DNA of 64,000 bases, from NCBI GenBank assembly GCA_965248055.1, contig CBDFIJ010000004.1:608001-672000 (forward strand). The letters run 5' to 3'. Each line of letters begins with the position of its first letter. The stretch's first letter is position 1. A model generated the notes under the pieces. The model saw only the letters and a list, made by a program, of their open reading frames with translations, ran no database searches and was not told the origin of the DNA. Below are positions 17,905 to 28,363 of the stretch, one piece after another. The position numbers were made by a program, and so were the translations under genes. The stretch comes from Candidatus Multivoradales bacterium (lineage in GTDB: Bacteria > Acidobacteriota > Thermoanaerobaculia > Multivoradales > JAHEKO01).

Positions 17905-20711
17905 AGATTCTCGATTCCAGGGTCTACATAGGGCCCAATCTGTACGCACACTTTCCGGTCATCTATCTGCTGCTGGATTTGGGAGAGTTGGAAGAGTGGC
18001 CGACCGGTCGCTTAGGTGAGCCGTTTATCGAGGGCCTATTGGAAGCGCTACCTGGACTGCACGAGCACGGTTGCTCCTATCGGGAACCCGGCGGGTTTGT
18101 CCGTCGGTTGCGCGAGGACGACGGTACTTGGCTGGGGCATGTGTTGGAACACGTGGCGTTGGAAATCCAAAACGCTGCCGGCAATCGGGCGACTTTTGGC
18201 AAGACGCGTTCCACCGACACGCCTGGCGTCTACACCGTGGTCTATCAGTACGTACAACGCGACGTCGGTAAAGCAGCAGGAAATCTTGCCCTCGACCTGC
18301 TCCACAGTTTGCTGCCCGAAGAGCTGATACCCGAAGAAGTGGGACCTGAAGGGTCGGTCGCTGAAGACTGGAACTTCACCGAGGAGTACGAAAAATTGGT
18401 GCGCTGGGCGCAACGCAAAGCGCTGGGGCCAAGCACCGCGTCTTTGGTCAGCGCCGCAGAAGAGCGCGACATCCCCTGGCTGCGGCTTAACGACTACAGC
18501 TTGGTGCAGTTCGGTCACGGCTGCCACCAGCGCCGGATTCAGGCCACCATCACTTCCGAGACCCGTCATATTGCGGTCGACATCTCTTCCGACAAGGAGG
18601 AGACCAACGTGCTTTTGAGCTCGCTCGGCTTGCCGGTGCCCCAGCAACGGCTGGTACGCAGTCAATCGGATGCGGTACGTGCTGCGGAGCGCATCGGCTA
18701 CCCGGTGGTGGTTAAGCCCTACAACGCAAACCACGGACGCGGCGTATCGATCAATCTGGGAGACGCCGACCAAGTGCGAGCCGCATTCGAGCGAGCTACA
18801 CAACACAGTCGTAGCGTCTTGGTAGAAAGCTTCATTGAAGGACTCGATCACCGCATGCTGGTGGTCAACGGTGAACTGGTAGCTGTCGCCAAACGCATAC
18901 CTGCCCACGTGGTGGGCGACGGCCAGCACACCATCGCCGAACTGGTGGATACGGTCAACGAAGACCCACGACGCGGGATCGGGCACGAGAAGGTGCTGAC
19001 GCGAATCGAGTTTAATCATCAGTCCGACCGCATTTTGGAGCGCCACGGCTATACCCAAAAATCGATGCCCGCAGACGGTGAGGTCGTCTACCTAGCGGCA
19101 ACCGCCAACCTATCGACCGGTGGCACGGCGGTCGACGTGACCGACCTAGTGCATCCCGACAATCGAGAAATGGCGGTCCGGACTGCCAAGGCAATCGGCC
19201 TTGATGTCGCAGGTGTCGATTTCTTGACCAACGACATCTCTGCTTCTTATCGCGACGCCGGAGGAGCGATCTGTGAGGTCAATGCAGCGCCGGGATTTCG
19301 CATGCACGTCGCGCCATCCGAAGGCCAACCACGCGATGTCGCCGGCAAAGTCCTGGACATGCTGTTTCCGCCGGACGCACCGACGCGGGTCCCAGTTGCT
19401 GTCGTCACTGGGACTAACGGCAAAACCACGACCTCGAGAATGATCGCTCACATCATGAAGCTGGCTGGGCATCGGGTCGGCTTAACCACCACCGACGGCG
19501 TCTACAGTGACGGCCAGCTCACCGTCAAAGGGGACATGACCGGCCCGACCGCGGCGCGCATGGTGCTGCGTGACCCGAGCATCGACGCTGCGGTTTTGGA
19601 AACCGCGCGGGGCGGTCTACTCAGGGCTGGGCTCGGCTTTCGCAAGTGCGACGTCGCCTGCTGCTTGAATGTCGCCGAGGATCACCTTGGGCTGCGCGGT
19701 ATCGACACTTTGGAACAGCTCGCAGAGGTCAAGCGAATTCCGATCGAGATAGCCCAGGACGCGGTGGTGCTCAACGCCGACGACGCGCACTGTTTACGGA
19801 TGGCCGCGCACAGCCAAGCGAAGTCGATCTGCTACGCGACGATGGCCAAGGAGCATCCCCTGGTTCAGGAGCATGTGCGCTCCGGCGGTCGCGCTATCGC
19901 GCTTGAGGAGGGCGTCGCAGGGCACATGATCACCCTCTACGACAACAACTCACATATGCCATTGCTGTGGACCCACTTGATTCCCGCAACTCTGGAAGGA
20001 AAGGCACTGCACAACGTGCAAAATGCCATGTTCGCTGCAGCGATGGCGTACAGCATGGGCATCAGCCTGGACAACATTCGTCAAGGCTTGCGCACCTTCG
20101 ACACCACCTTTTTCCAAGCCCCAGGTCGGATGAACATTTTCGACGAGCACCCGTTCAAAGTGATCGTCGACTACGGACACAACCCAGCTGCGGTGGAAGT
20201 GATGTCATCTCTGATCTCACGCTTGGACTGCCGCGGAAAACGCGTCTGCGTACTCGCGGCACCGGGCGATCGGCGTGACGAGGATATCCGCAAGATGGCT
20301 GAAGCCGCTGCCCCCCACTTCGATCGCTTTATCTGCCGAAGGGACGACCAACTGAGAGGTCGCGAGGCCGACGAAGTGCCCGCAATGCTGGCCGACGAAC
20401 TCAAAAACTGTGGGGTTTCGGAAGACGCAATCGAAACCATTTCCTCAGAGCGCGAGGCGGTGGCGCAAGCCTTGGCAACCGCCCAAGAGGGAGATCTGCT
20501 TCTGGTGTTTGCCGACGACCTGGCTCGCACCTGGGGTCAGGTCACCCAACATGCCCCCGATTCATCCGCCCGAGACGAGGATGTCGAGGTCGACGTTGCG
20601 GCCCCGCCAGCCGACCTCTCCGAACTCCCCTCAGCGTTGTACGGCGAAGATGAAATCGTTCGCGACGAGCGCGGCGTTTTGCTCGCCGCTCCGGTCGAAG
20701 AATCCGACTAG
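17901..20711 (+). CDS. cphA: Cyanophycin synthetase CphA1
   Basis: N-domain C...HVLEH, ATP-grasp VVKPYNANHGRGVS / ANLSTGG / EVNAAPGFRMH, Mur domain TGTNGKTTT, DYGHNP. Confidence 0.97.
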   Translation: MKILDSRVYIGPNLYAHFPVIYLLLDLGELEEWPTGRLGEPFIEGLLEALPGLHEHGCSYREPGGFVRRLREDDGTWLGHVLEHVALEIQNAAGNRATFGKTRSTDTPGVYTVVYQYVQRDVGKAAGNLALDLLHSLLPEELIPEEVGPEGSVAEDWNFTEEYEKLVRWAQRKALGPSTASLVSAAEERDIPWLRLNDYSLVQFGHGCHQRRIQATITSETRHIAVDISSDKEETNVLLSSLGLPVPQQRLVRSQSDAVRAAERIGYPVVVKPYNANHGRGVSINLGDADQVRAAFERATQHSRSVLVESFIEGLDHRMLVVNGELVAVAKRIPAHVVGDGQHTIAELVDTVNEDPRRGIGHEKVLTRIEFNHQSDRILERHGYTQKSMPADGEVVYLAATANLSTGGTAVDVTDLVHPDNREMAVRTAKAIGLDVAGVDFLTNDISASYRDAGGAICEVNAAPGFRMHVAPSEGQPRDVAGKVLDMLFPPDAPTRVPVAVVTGTNGKTTTSRMIAHIMKLAGHRVGLTTTDGVYSDGQLTVKGDMTGPTAARMVLRDPSIDAAVLETARGGLLRAGLGFRKCDVACCLNVAEDHLGLRGIDTLEQLAEVKRIPIEIAQDAVVLNADDAHCLRMAAHSQAKSICYATMAKEHPLVQEHVRSGGRAIALEEGVAGHMITLYDNNSHMPLLWTHLIPATLEGKALHNVQNAMFAAAMAYSMGISLDNIRQGLRTFDTTFFQAPGRMNIFDEHPFKVIVDYGHNPAAVEVMSSLISRLDCRGKRVCVLAAPGDRRDEDIRKMAEAAAPHFDRFICRRDDQLRGREADEVPAMLADELKNCGVSEDAIETISSEREAVAQALATAQEGDLLLVFADDLARTWGQVTQHAPDSSARDEDVEVDVAAPPADLSELPSALYGEDEIVRDERGVLLAAPVEESD

Positions 20712-20726
20712 TGACTCAGGACGACC

Positions 20727-22439
20727 GTGAAACTCACCAACTCGCGGCGACTCACCGGCCCTAGCCTGTTCTTGGATGGCCCTGGGGCGGCTATCGACAT
20801 CCGTAGCTCCCAGGCCGGAGCTACGGAAGATGTCCAAGAGGCAGCCCAACGGTGGCAAGTCTCAGCCCGTAGTCTCCTGGATCAGCTGGGTTGGAACGAC
20901 TCAGAGCTGGTGGCCTGGCCTTATGCTGGCGGTGCAACCTTAGTTTTTTCCGCACCCGAAGACGCCCTCTACACTAGTTGCGAAGTCAACGAAGCTGCCT
21001 GGGAAGCGGCTGAGAGAGATGGCATTGTAGACCCGGAGATCGTCGGGCGTCTGCGGCAGGAGATCGCCCAGGAACAAGCCCCACAGCGAAGAGCCCTGGC
21101 CCGAGCGGCTAAGGAACATGGCGTGCGGTTTCTCGCTGACGATGAGCAACTATCACTCGGCAGTGGCAAAGGGTGCCAGGTGTGGCCGATTGACCGCTTA
21201 CCCGACCTCGGGCAAGTAGCCTGGGAGCAGATCAGCGACATCCCGGTCGCCCTGATCACCGGCACCAACGGCAAGACCACCACCGCCAGGATGCTCTCGG
21301 CGATTGCTATGGCGGCCGGGATGACTCCCGGAAACACCTCTACTGACGGCGTGCAGATCAGCGGCAAGACCGTGCTCGAAGGTGACTACACCGGCGGCGA
21401 GGGTGCCCGCGCAGTGCTCCAGAATCAGAACGTTGACATCGCCTTTCTGGAAAACGCGCGAGGAGGCATGCTGCGACGGGGTCTGCCCATCGACAGTGCC
21501 GAAGCAGCTTATGTGACCAATATCGGCACCGATCATCTCGGCGAGTACGGCATCAATGACTTGCAAGGATTGGCCGAGGTCAAATTGCTGGTGACCAAGG
21601 CAGTGGCAAATCGTGGGACATTCGTTGCCAATCTTGACGACCAGTACCTTGCGACAGCACGAGGCGCAGAGACCGTGTTCGTCTCCCACTCCACAGATCA
21701 GGCTCCAGATGACTCCCTGAAACGAGGCTTCATCCGCCGCTTCGGTCGTCTTGGCGAACTCACTGAATGTGGATTCATCCCATGGCTAGAAACCGCCGAG
21801 ATACCCGCCACCCTGGGTGGCGCCGCGGAGCACAATGTCGCCAACGCCTTGGGTGCGATGGCGATAGCCGATGCGCTAGGAATCAACCGTCGCGCCATCG
21901 TCGAAGGGCTTTCTACCTTCGCCAGCGACTCCAAGAGTAATCCCGGACGCGCAAACCTGTTCGACTTCGGGGGCTTGAAGGCGGTGGTCGACTTCGCTCA
22001 CAACCCCGAAGGTCTAGAAGCCGCACTCAAAATGGCCAAGAAAATGAACCCAAAACGAGTCTTAATGCTGCTCGGCCAGGCGGGAGACCGCGATGACGCT
22101 TCAGTCGTTAAACTCTGCCAAGTGTGCGCCAGCTACAGCCCCGACCGCATCATCGTCAAAGAAATGAGGTGCTACTTGCGGGGGCGCAAGCCCGGCGAAA
22201 TGGTCGAGCTGATCGTTCGATCATTGGAAGACTCTGGACTGCCAGTGGATCGCATTGGTGTCGCAGACGATGAGGTCACCGCAGTACGCCAGGCACTGGA
22301 ATGGGGGCGATCAGGGGATCTGCTGTTGCTATTGATCCTGGCGGAACGGAAGGTGACGATAGGGTTGCTCGATCAACTTAGCGCCGATGGATGGCAACCT
22401 GGAACACCGTTGCCGCAGATTGAAACGATCTCGCCCTAA
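20727..22439 (+). CDS. CphA-like Mur ligase lacking the ATP-grasp domain
   Basis: N-terminus like CphA (SRRLTGPSL), then TGTNGKTTT, ENARGGMLRRGL, DHLGEYG, NPGRAN, DFAHNP, GDRDD. Confidence 0.85.
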   Translation: MKLTNSRRLTGPSLFLDGPGAAIDIRSSQAGATEDVQEAAQRWQVSARSLLDQLGWNDSELVAWPYAGGATLVFSAPEDALYTSCEVNEAAWEAAERDGIVDPEIVGRLRQEIAQEQAPQRRALARAAKEHGVRFLADDEQLSLGSGKGCQVWPIDRLPDLGQVAWEQISDIPVALITGTNGKTTTARMLSAIAMAAGMTPGNTSTDGVQISGKTVLEGDYTGGEGARAVLQNQNVDIAFLENARGGMLRRGLPIDSAEAAYVTNIGTDHLGEYGINDLQGLAEVKLLVTKAVANRGTFVANLDDQYLATARGAETVFVSHSTDQAPDDSLKRGFIRRFGRLGELTECGFIPWLETAEIPATLGGAAEHNVANALGAMAIADALGINRRAIVEGLSTFASDSKSNPGRANLFDFGGLKAVVDFAHNPEGLEAALKMAKKMNPKRVLMLLGQAGDRDDASVVKLCQVCASYSPDRIIVKEMRCYLRGRKPGEMVELIVRSLEDSGLPVDRIGVADDEVTAVRQALEWGRSGDLLLLLILAERKVTIGLLDQLSADGWQPGTPLPQIETISP

Positions 22440-22665
22440 GCTGAGATTCTCCGGGGACGTAATACAAGTATTGTGTCCCCGCTACTGCTCCCTTACCAAA
22501 GACTTCGCTGGAAATACAGTGCTGCGTTTTTCTCGCCTACGACGGCTTTTTGTTTTTGGGGTGCTTTCGATCAACAAATGCGGCAAGCGATATTGTTATG
22601 CGTTCCGATACCTGAATCAATATGGCACAATCTGTGCGTTCGGTAAGTCAAAGGAGGAAACAATT

Positions 22666-23199
22666 ATGGGCGAGCTCCAACGCCCAGAGCACAGCGACCA
22701 GCCATACGAGCCGCAATGGACCGGCGAGGTATACGCCGAACTTCTGGTGATTGCCCGACGAGTCGCACGTCGTTCGCGAGCCAGCCACACCCTCTCGCCA
22801 GAGAACCTACTTTCCGAGGCATGGATTCGAGTCACCGGCAAACAAGCAGTCTTTTGCGATCGTGACCACTTCTTTGCCACCATCGCACGCACCATTTACC
22901 ACATCTTGATCGACTACGAGCGAGGACGAAACGCCGACAAACGCGGCGGGCAATATCGCCGTACAGAGAAAGAAATTGAGTTCCGCGAACATTGGACGAC
23001 ACCGTTGCAAGTAAATGCTGCTATCGCGAAACTGCGCGACTTAGATCCGGCTCTAGCCAAGTTAGTAGACCTGCGATTTTCCTGTGGATACTCGGTCAAG
23101 GAAGTGGCGGCGGTGACAAAGCATTCGGAACGTACGATCGCCCGCCAGTGGGCATTGGCGAAATCACTCTTAGCAAAGGAGCTAGAAGATGCTCGGTAA
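22666..23199 (+). CDS. ECF sigma factor, kinase-associated (ECF43-like)
   Basis: AGGAGG RBS; VYAELLVIA, HTLSPENLLSEAW, DRDHFF, ILIDYER..ADKRGG, SERTIARQW. Confidence 0.88.
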   Translation: MGELQRPEHSDQPYEPQWTGEVYAELLVIARRVARRSRASHTLSPENLLSEAWIRVTGKQAVFCDRDHFFATIARTIYHILIDYERGRNADKRGGQYRRTEKEIEFREHWTTPLQVNAAIAKLRDLDPALAKLVDLRFSCGYSVKEVAAVTKHSERTIARQWALAKSLLAKELEDAR

Positions 23200-25621
23200 C
23201 TGGGAGCAGGCCAAGGACATCGTTCTCTCGGCGCTCGAGCTGTCCGGTCACACAAGAGACGAATTCATCAATGACAACTGTCGGGAAAATGACACTCTTT
23301 TTGCCCAAGTGAAGACGCTCCTGCGCCTCGCGGACGGCACCCCTACGGACAGCTTGTTTGGCACTGGGGGGCGGGCGCAAGCAGAACAACGCCTTGGTGA
23401 GAAAGTCGGTCCGTACACGCTGGTGAGCATTCTGGGTCAGGGTGGTATGGGAAGTGTCTACCTGGCAGAGCAAAAGACCGATCTTTTCGCCCGGACAGTG
23501 GCTCTCAAGATCATCCCGGAGTCTCTTGGCCTCGCGATCAATGTGGAGCCGGAAATTCATTCCCAATTGGAGCACCCATCGATTATTCGAATGTACGACA
23601 GTCGGAGAACCAGTACCGGCGAGGTGTTTATCGCCATGGAATGGGTCGACGGTCTTAGGGTCGACGAGTATTGTGCCCATGCAGATTCGTTGGCAGAGAC
23701 TATTGCGGTGTTCGCCAAAGTGTGTGACGCGGTGGCTTACGCGCATCGCAATTCGATTGCCCACGGCGACCTGAAACCAGAAAATATCTTGGTCACCGCT
23801 GATGGGGTCCCACACTTGTTGGACTTCAGCGCTTCGTCGACCGGCGGCTTCAAGCGGGCGGGTCCGCTAACGCCAGCCTACGCTAGTCCAGAGCAACAGA
23901 AAACCGGGCAGGCTTCAACCCTTTCTGATGTCTTTTCGCTAGGAATCATCCTGAAGAACTTGTTGCAACAAGCTGAAGTACTAAGGCAACAAAGGGCTGA
24001 GTCACCCAGTTACGAGAACGTCCGAGCCAACAAAGAACTCAGAGCTGTTGCTAGTCAAGCAAGCCACATTGACTCAAATCTCAGATATCCGTCTGTCAAT
24101 CAGCTGCGCAAAGATCTAGATCGGTGGGCCCATGGACTCCCCGTTCAATCGATCGCCAGCTCTACCACTCGAACGATCGGTATGTTTCTAGCGCGAAATC
24201 GCAATCGGATTGTAGCAACAGTGGTGATTCTGGTTGCCGTGGTATTGGTGGTCGCCATAGTGGATCGTTCAGGGCGTACCCAGCGTGAGGAAAGCGATGT
24301 AAGAGCTGAAAAATTGGCCAGCTTCATGGCCAATGCGGTACGCGTGGATGGTGCCATGGATGGCGGTGAGCGCATCAAGGAATTGCTTACCGAAGGCCAA
24401 TCGCAAATCCTCGATCTTTTTGAGAGTGATCCGCTGCGACAGGGCGAGCTGCTTACCGCTCTCGGCGAGGGCTATCTGAACCTGGGGCTTCACGACCAAG
24501 GCCTATCCGTCCTTAAGCAGGCTACCCGCGCACTGGCGGCTGGCAACGCCAAACCAGGAGTCCAAGCTGGGGCCCAGGCACTCGTTGCGCGTGCGCAAAG
24601 TAGGCTCGGGCAATACGAGGAGGCGAAAGAAACCATCAGCCAAACCCTTGCGCTGGCAGAGAACCTCTCGAACCCTATCGGCCAAGAGCTTCAACTTGCA
24701 TTGAGAATCGAAGATGCCTCTTTTGACTGGTTAACAACATCACCTGAGAATTCGACAGCCAAACTCAACGAGCTAGACCGTTGGGCGAACCAAATCTGGG
24801 GCCCTAACTCTCTCGCCTCAGCGCGCGTCGCCGTGATCAGGGGATACGCGCTCGCCCAACTCGGGCAGAACGAGGCCAAATACATCCTGGAACGGCCAGT
24901 GACCGATTTTGAGAGCGAACTCATAACAACGCTTTGGGGGCGGCGTGGGGTGTCAACCTACGCTGCGTTTCTCAGACGGCAAGGGGATTTCGAGGAAGCG
25001 GATAGAATTATCCAGAACCTTCTGTCGACTGTTCTAACCGCATACGGACCCAACCACGAAGAGCTGGTGGAGTACTACCGTGACCTAGCGCGTAGCGCGA
25101 TAAACCGAGGATTCGTGGAAGAAGCAGACGCATTGCTTCGCAAAGCGCTCTCTGTGGCGGCCAAGATCGAGCCCTTCACATTGGTCACAACCAAGCAAGA
25201 CTATGCACTGGTGCTGGCTACATTGGGGAAGTCTGAACCAGCAACAACAATCGTGATGGAAACCCTGCACGAATCTGAGCAGCTTCTAGGCAAAAATCAG
25301 TTCGGGTGGTCCTTTGCCCTTCGCTACGTCGGGCTTGTTGAGCTCACGCTGCAAAGGCCCGAGCACGCAGCGCCGTACCTTGAACAAGCGATTGCCATTC
25401 AAGCAGCCGTGTTTCCCCCTGTAAACAAAAACCTAATCTTGGAACGCCTAGCACTGGGGCGCGCCTACATAATGATGGGTAGAGTCGAGGATGCTCAAAA
25501 ACAGATCGATAGTGCATGTGGTGTACCTGAAGAGGCACTAGCGGTCTATGGGCTGTGGGACCAGACTCTCAAGCAAGAGTGCGTTGATGCAGCGTCTATG
25601 TTGCAAGGCTCTGCGAGCTAG
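23189..25621 (+). CDS. Ser/Thr protein kinase with TM segment and TPR repeats
   Basis: GQGGMGSVY, VALK, HGDLKPENIL, DFS, TPAYASPE, DVFSLG; TM helix then TPR-like helices. Confidence 0.9.
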   Translation: MLGNWEQAKDIVLSALELSGHTRDEFINDNCRENDTLFAQVKTLLRLADGTPTDSLFGTGGRAQAEQRLGEKVGPYTLVSILGQGGMGSVYLAEQKTDLFARTVALKIIPESLGLAINVEPEIHSQLEHPSIIRMYDSRRTSTGEVFIAMEWVDGLRVDEYCAHADSLAETIAVFAKVCDAVAYAHRNSIAHGDLKPENILVTADGVPHLLDFSASSTGGFKRAGPLTPAYASPEQQKTGQASTLSDVFSLGIILKNLLQQAEVLRQQRAESPSYENVRANKELRAVASQASHIDSNLRYPSVNQLRKDLDRWAHGLPVQSIASSTTRTIGMFLARNRNRIVATVVILVAVVLVVAIVDRSGRTQREESDVRAEKLASFMANAVRVDGAMDGGERIKELLTEGQSQILDLFESDPLRQGELLTALGEGYLNLGLHDQGLSVLKQATRALAAGNAKPGVQAGAQALVARAQSRLGQYEEAKETISQTLALAENLSNPIGQELQLALRIEDASFDWLTTSPENSTAKLNELDRWANQIWGPNSLASARVAVIRGYALAQLGQNEAKYILERPVTDFESELITTLWGRRGVSTYAAFLRRQGDFEEADRIIQNLLSTVLTAYGPNHEELVEYYRDLARSAINRGFVEEADALLRKALSVAAKIEPFTLVTTKQDYALVLATLGKSEPATTIVMETLHESEQLLGKNQFGWSFALRYVGLVELTLQRPEHAAPYLEQAIAIQAAVFPPVNKNLILERLALGRAYIMMGRVEDAQKQIDSACGVPEEALAVYGLWDQTLKQECVDAASMLQGSAS

Positions 25622-25801
25622 CCGTTTAATAGCTTCACCAAGAGATCACGATTTGGGAGAGTAACCCTCCATCAGGCGGTAAGAAAGTGATTGGACGAAT
25701 CGTCCCAGCAGTTAGTTCAATCCGCGCTGGCAAGGATAAGTAATGGGCTTGGCGGGCGAGTCAAGATAGTCACCTTGTCCCCCGCTTGCTAGCATCGCGC
25801 G

Positions 25802-27637
25802 ATGCGTACCTCGAGCCGATTGATGACCTACTTGCGTCCGTACGCAGGGCGCATTTTTCTGGCGGTGTTTTTGGTGTTTCTGGCGGGAGCGTTGGCGGCG
25901 GTAGCGATTTCTGCGGTCAAGCCTTTGGTCAACGATGTGCTGGGTGTGGGAAGTACCGAGGCTGGGGTCGAGGATGGCTTCAATGTCCTGAATTGGATTA
26001 CCGCTCGAATTCCAGCCGGTTTGGCGGCACAGGCGACCGCTAGGCCGTATCTCGCGGTACCCGCGATCATTGGCCTTTCGTTCCTGATCCGCGCGCTCTT
26101 CCTGTTCTTTGGCAACTACATCTTGGCTGCGACCGGTGCCGCGCTGACTCGCGATCTACGCACCGATTTGTTTGAAAGCATCCTTTACCAATCACAGAGC
26201 TTTTTCGGGCGGTACCACAGTGGTGGATTGTTGACTCGATTGCTGACCGACATCCAGAAAATCCAAAAGGTTGTCGCCAGCGACATTCCCAATGCCATCC
26301 GGGTGTTGGGAACCATCCCGTTCATGTTCATCGTCATCTTGTGGCACGACTGGCGCATGTCGTTGTTGACGGTGCTGGTCTTGGGCTCAATGATCATTCC
26401 CTTCATTGCCTTGAGCAAGCGCCTGCGGCGGGTCTCTCGTTCTAGTCAGAATGCGACTGCCGAGGCTTCCCATTTGGCCAGCGAGGCGATCCACGGCATC
26501 AATGTGGTGCAAGCCTTCGGCATGGAAACCTTTGAGTTGGATCGCTTCCGTGGTGCGCTCAAATCCCTGTTCAAGATCGACCTCAAAGCGGCTCGCGCGG
26601 CAGCACTGGCCCCGTCGATGCTCGAAGTGGTCGGGGCCTTGGCTGGCTCAGCGCTGTTTCTGTTCGCCGGGTGGGGGGTTTCTCGCGGCGAGGTCGACCC
26701 GGGGGATTTTGGAGTGGTGGTTGGCGCTCTGGGGATGTTGTTTGCCTCCTTTCGGGTTCTGACCCGCGCCAACACCGAACTGCAGACCGCTCTGGCCTCG
26801 GGAGATAGGGTGTTTGAGGTCTTGGAAATCAAGCCCGAGGTCAGCGATCGACCAGACGCTGCAACCGTGGACCGCTTCCACAACGCACTGCATTTTCGCG
26901 ATGTTTCTTTCTCCTATCCGGACGAGGACAACAATGCAAAGCCGGTGCTCACAGGCATCGACCTGGAGGTTCGCAAGGGAGAGGTGATCGCCTTGGTGGG
27001 CCGCTCTGGAGCCGGAAAAACCACTTTGATGAGCATGGTTCCACGGTTCTTTGATCCGGTAGACGGTCAAGTGACCTTGGATGGAACCGATCTCCGCGAC
27101 CTCAGCCTCAAGTCACTCCGCTCCTTGATCGCCATCGTTACCCAAGAAACCGTTCTGTTTGACGCCAGCGTCGAACAAAACATCGCCTACGGCAAGGCTC
27201 ACGACCCTGCACGCATCGAAGCTGCATCGATTGCCGCCCATGCGCACGGATTCATCCAAGAGCTCTCGAACGGTTATGCCACAGTGCTCGGTGAGGGCGG
27301 TTCGCGGCTTTCCGCGGGCCAACGACAGCGGATCGCGATCGCCCGCGCAATTCTCAAGGATCCTGAGATCTTGCTGCTCGACGAACCGACCTCAGCCCTC
27401 GATGCGGAATCAGAAGCCAAGGTCCAGGAGGCATTGGATCGGCTGATGGAGGGTCGCACCTGTCTAGTGATCGCCCATCGATTGTCGACAGTCAAGCGTG
27501 CGGACCGGATCTTGGTCCTGGAACAAGGGCAAGTGGTCGAACAAGGAACTCACGATCAACTCTTGGCGCAATCTGGTGCCTATGCGCGGCTGCACAAACT
27601 CCAGTTTGCCCTCAAAGACGAAGCATGGAGCCCCTGA
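25802..27637 (+). CDS. MsbA-like ABC exporter (TMD+NBD)
   Basis: GRSGAGKTT, LSAGQRQR, LLLDEPTSALD, IAHRLST; N-terminal membrane domain. Confidence 0.9.
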   Translation: MRTSSRLMTYLRPYAGRIFLAVFLVFLAGALAAVAISAVKPLVNDVLGVGSTEAGVEDGFNVLNWITARIPAGLAAQATARPYLAVPAIIGLSFLIRALFLFFGNYILAATGAALTRDLRTDLFESILYQSQSFFGRYHSGGLLTRLLTDIQKIQKVVASDIPNAIRVLGTIPFMFIVILWHDWRMSLLTVLVLGSMIIPFIALSKRLRRVSRSSQNATAEASHLASEAIHGINVVQAFGMETFELDRFRGALKSLFKIDLKAARAAALAPSMLEVVGALAGSALFLFAGWGVSRGEVDPGDFGVVVGALGMLFASFRVLTRANTELQTALASGDRVFEVLEIKPEVSDRPDAATVDRFHNALHFRDVSFSYPDEDNNAKPVLTGIDLEVRKGEVIALVGRSGAGKTTLMSMVPRFFDPVDGQVTLDGTDLRDLSLKSLRSLIAIVTQETVLFDASVEQNIAYGKAHDPARIEAASIAAHAHGFIQELSNGYATVLGEGGSRLSAGQRQRIAIARAILKDPEILLLDEPTSALDAESEAKVQEALDRLMEGRTCLVIAHRLSTVKRADRILVLEQGQVVEQGTHDQLLAQSGAYARLHKLQFALKDEAWSP

Positions 27638-27739
27638 GATCCGCCCCAAAGCAGACTTGCACCACCAACAGCTAGACAGCCGGTTCAAACCAGCAGAGAA
27701 AACCACCGGCGAGGCGGCCTCCAGGGTAGACTTCGCGGC

Positions 27740-28363
27740 GTGATGACCGTCGACACCACTTCTCCAAGTTCAGCCACTCCCACGCCTTCTTCCAAGGAGC
27801 GAGGACGTCGCTGGGCGCACCTGCGAGACAGCTTGCGTCAGACCCTCGGATTGGTGATGGTTGGGGTGTGGACCGCGCTGGGCACTCCGAAGCCTGTTTG
27901 GTGGCACGTCGGTGCGGTGTTGGCGGTGATCGGCATCCTGATTCGTCTCTGGGCCTCCGGGCACATTAGGAAGAACAAAGCACTAGCCACCGATGGCCCC
28001 TATGGCCACGTGCGTCATCCGCTTTACCTCGGCAACTTTCTGATTGCCGTCGGTTTCGCCTCGGCCAGCGGCCTATGGTGGGCGTGGTTGATGCTGGTGA
28101 TCTTCTGGCTGATTTTCTATCCCAACGCCATCTCGGACGAAGACAGCAAGCTGGAGCGCCTGTTTGCCGGCCCCTGGCGCAGCTGGGCCGCGCAAACCAA
28201 GGCCTTGATTCCCCGACTGTCTGCCTATCGTGCGGACGGCCAAGGTGAAGCGGCAGTAGGATCTTCTTGGTCCCTCGCGCAAAGCCTACGCAGCAATGGC
28301 GAACCGGTGATCGTGGTTCTGTTGTTTGGTTGCCTATACCTACTGCACCGGTGGTTAGCCTAG
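27740..28363 (+). CDS. ICMT/PEMT-family membrane methyltransferase
   Basis: IRLWASGHI, LATDGPYGHVRHPLYLGNFL, EDSKLERLF, LIPR. Confidence 0.85.
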   Translation: MMTVDTTSPSSATPTPSSKERGRRWAHLRDSLRQTLGLVMVGVWTALGTPKPVWWHVGAVLAVIGILIRLWASGHIRKNKALATDGPYGHVRHPLYLGNFLIAVGFASASGLWWAWLMLVIFWLIFYPNAISDEDSKLERLFAGPWRSWAAQTKALIPRLSAYRADGQGEAAVGSSWSLAQSLRSNGEPVIVVLLFGCLYLLHRWLA

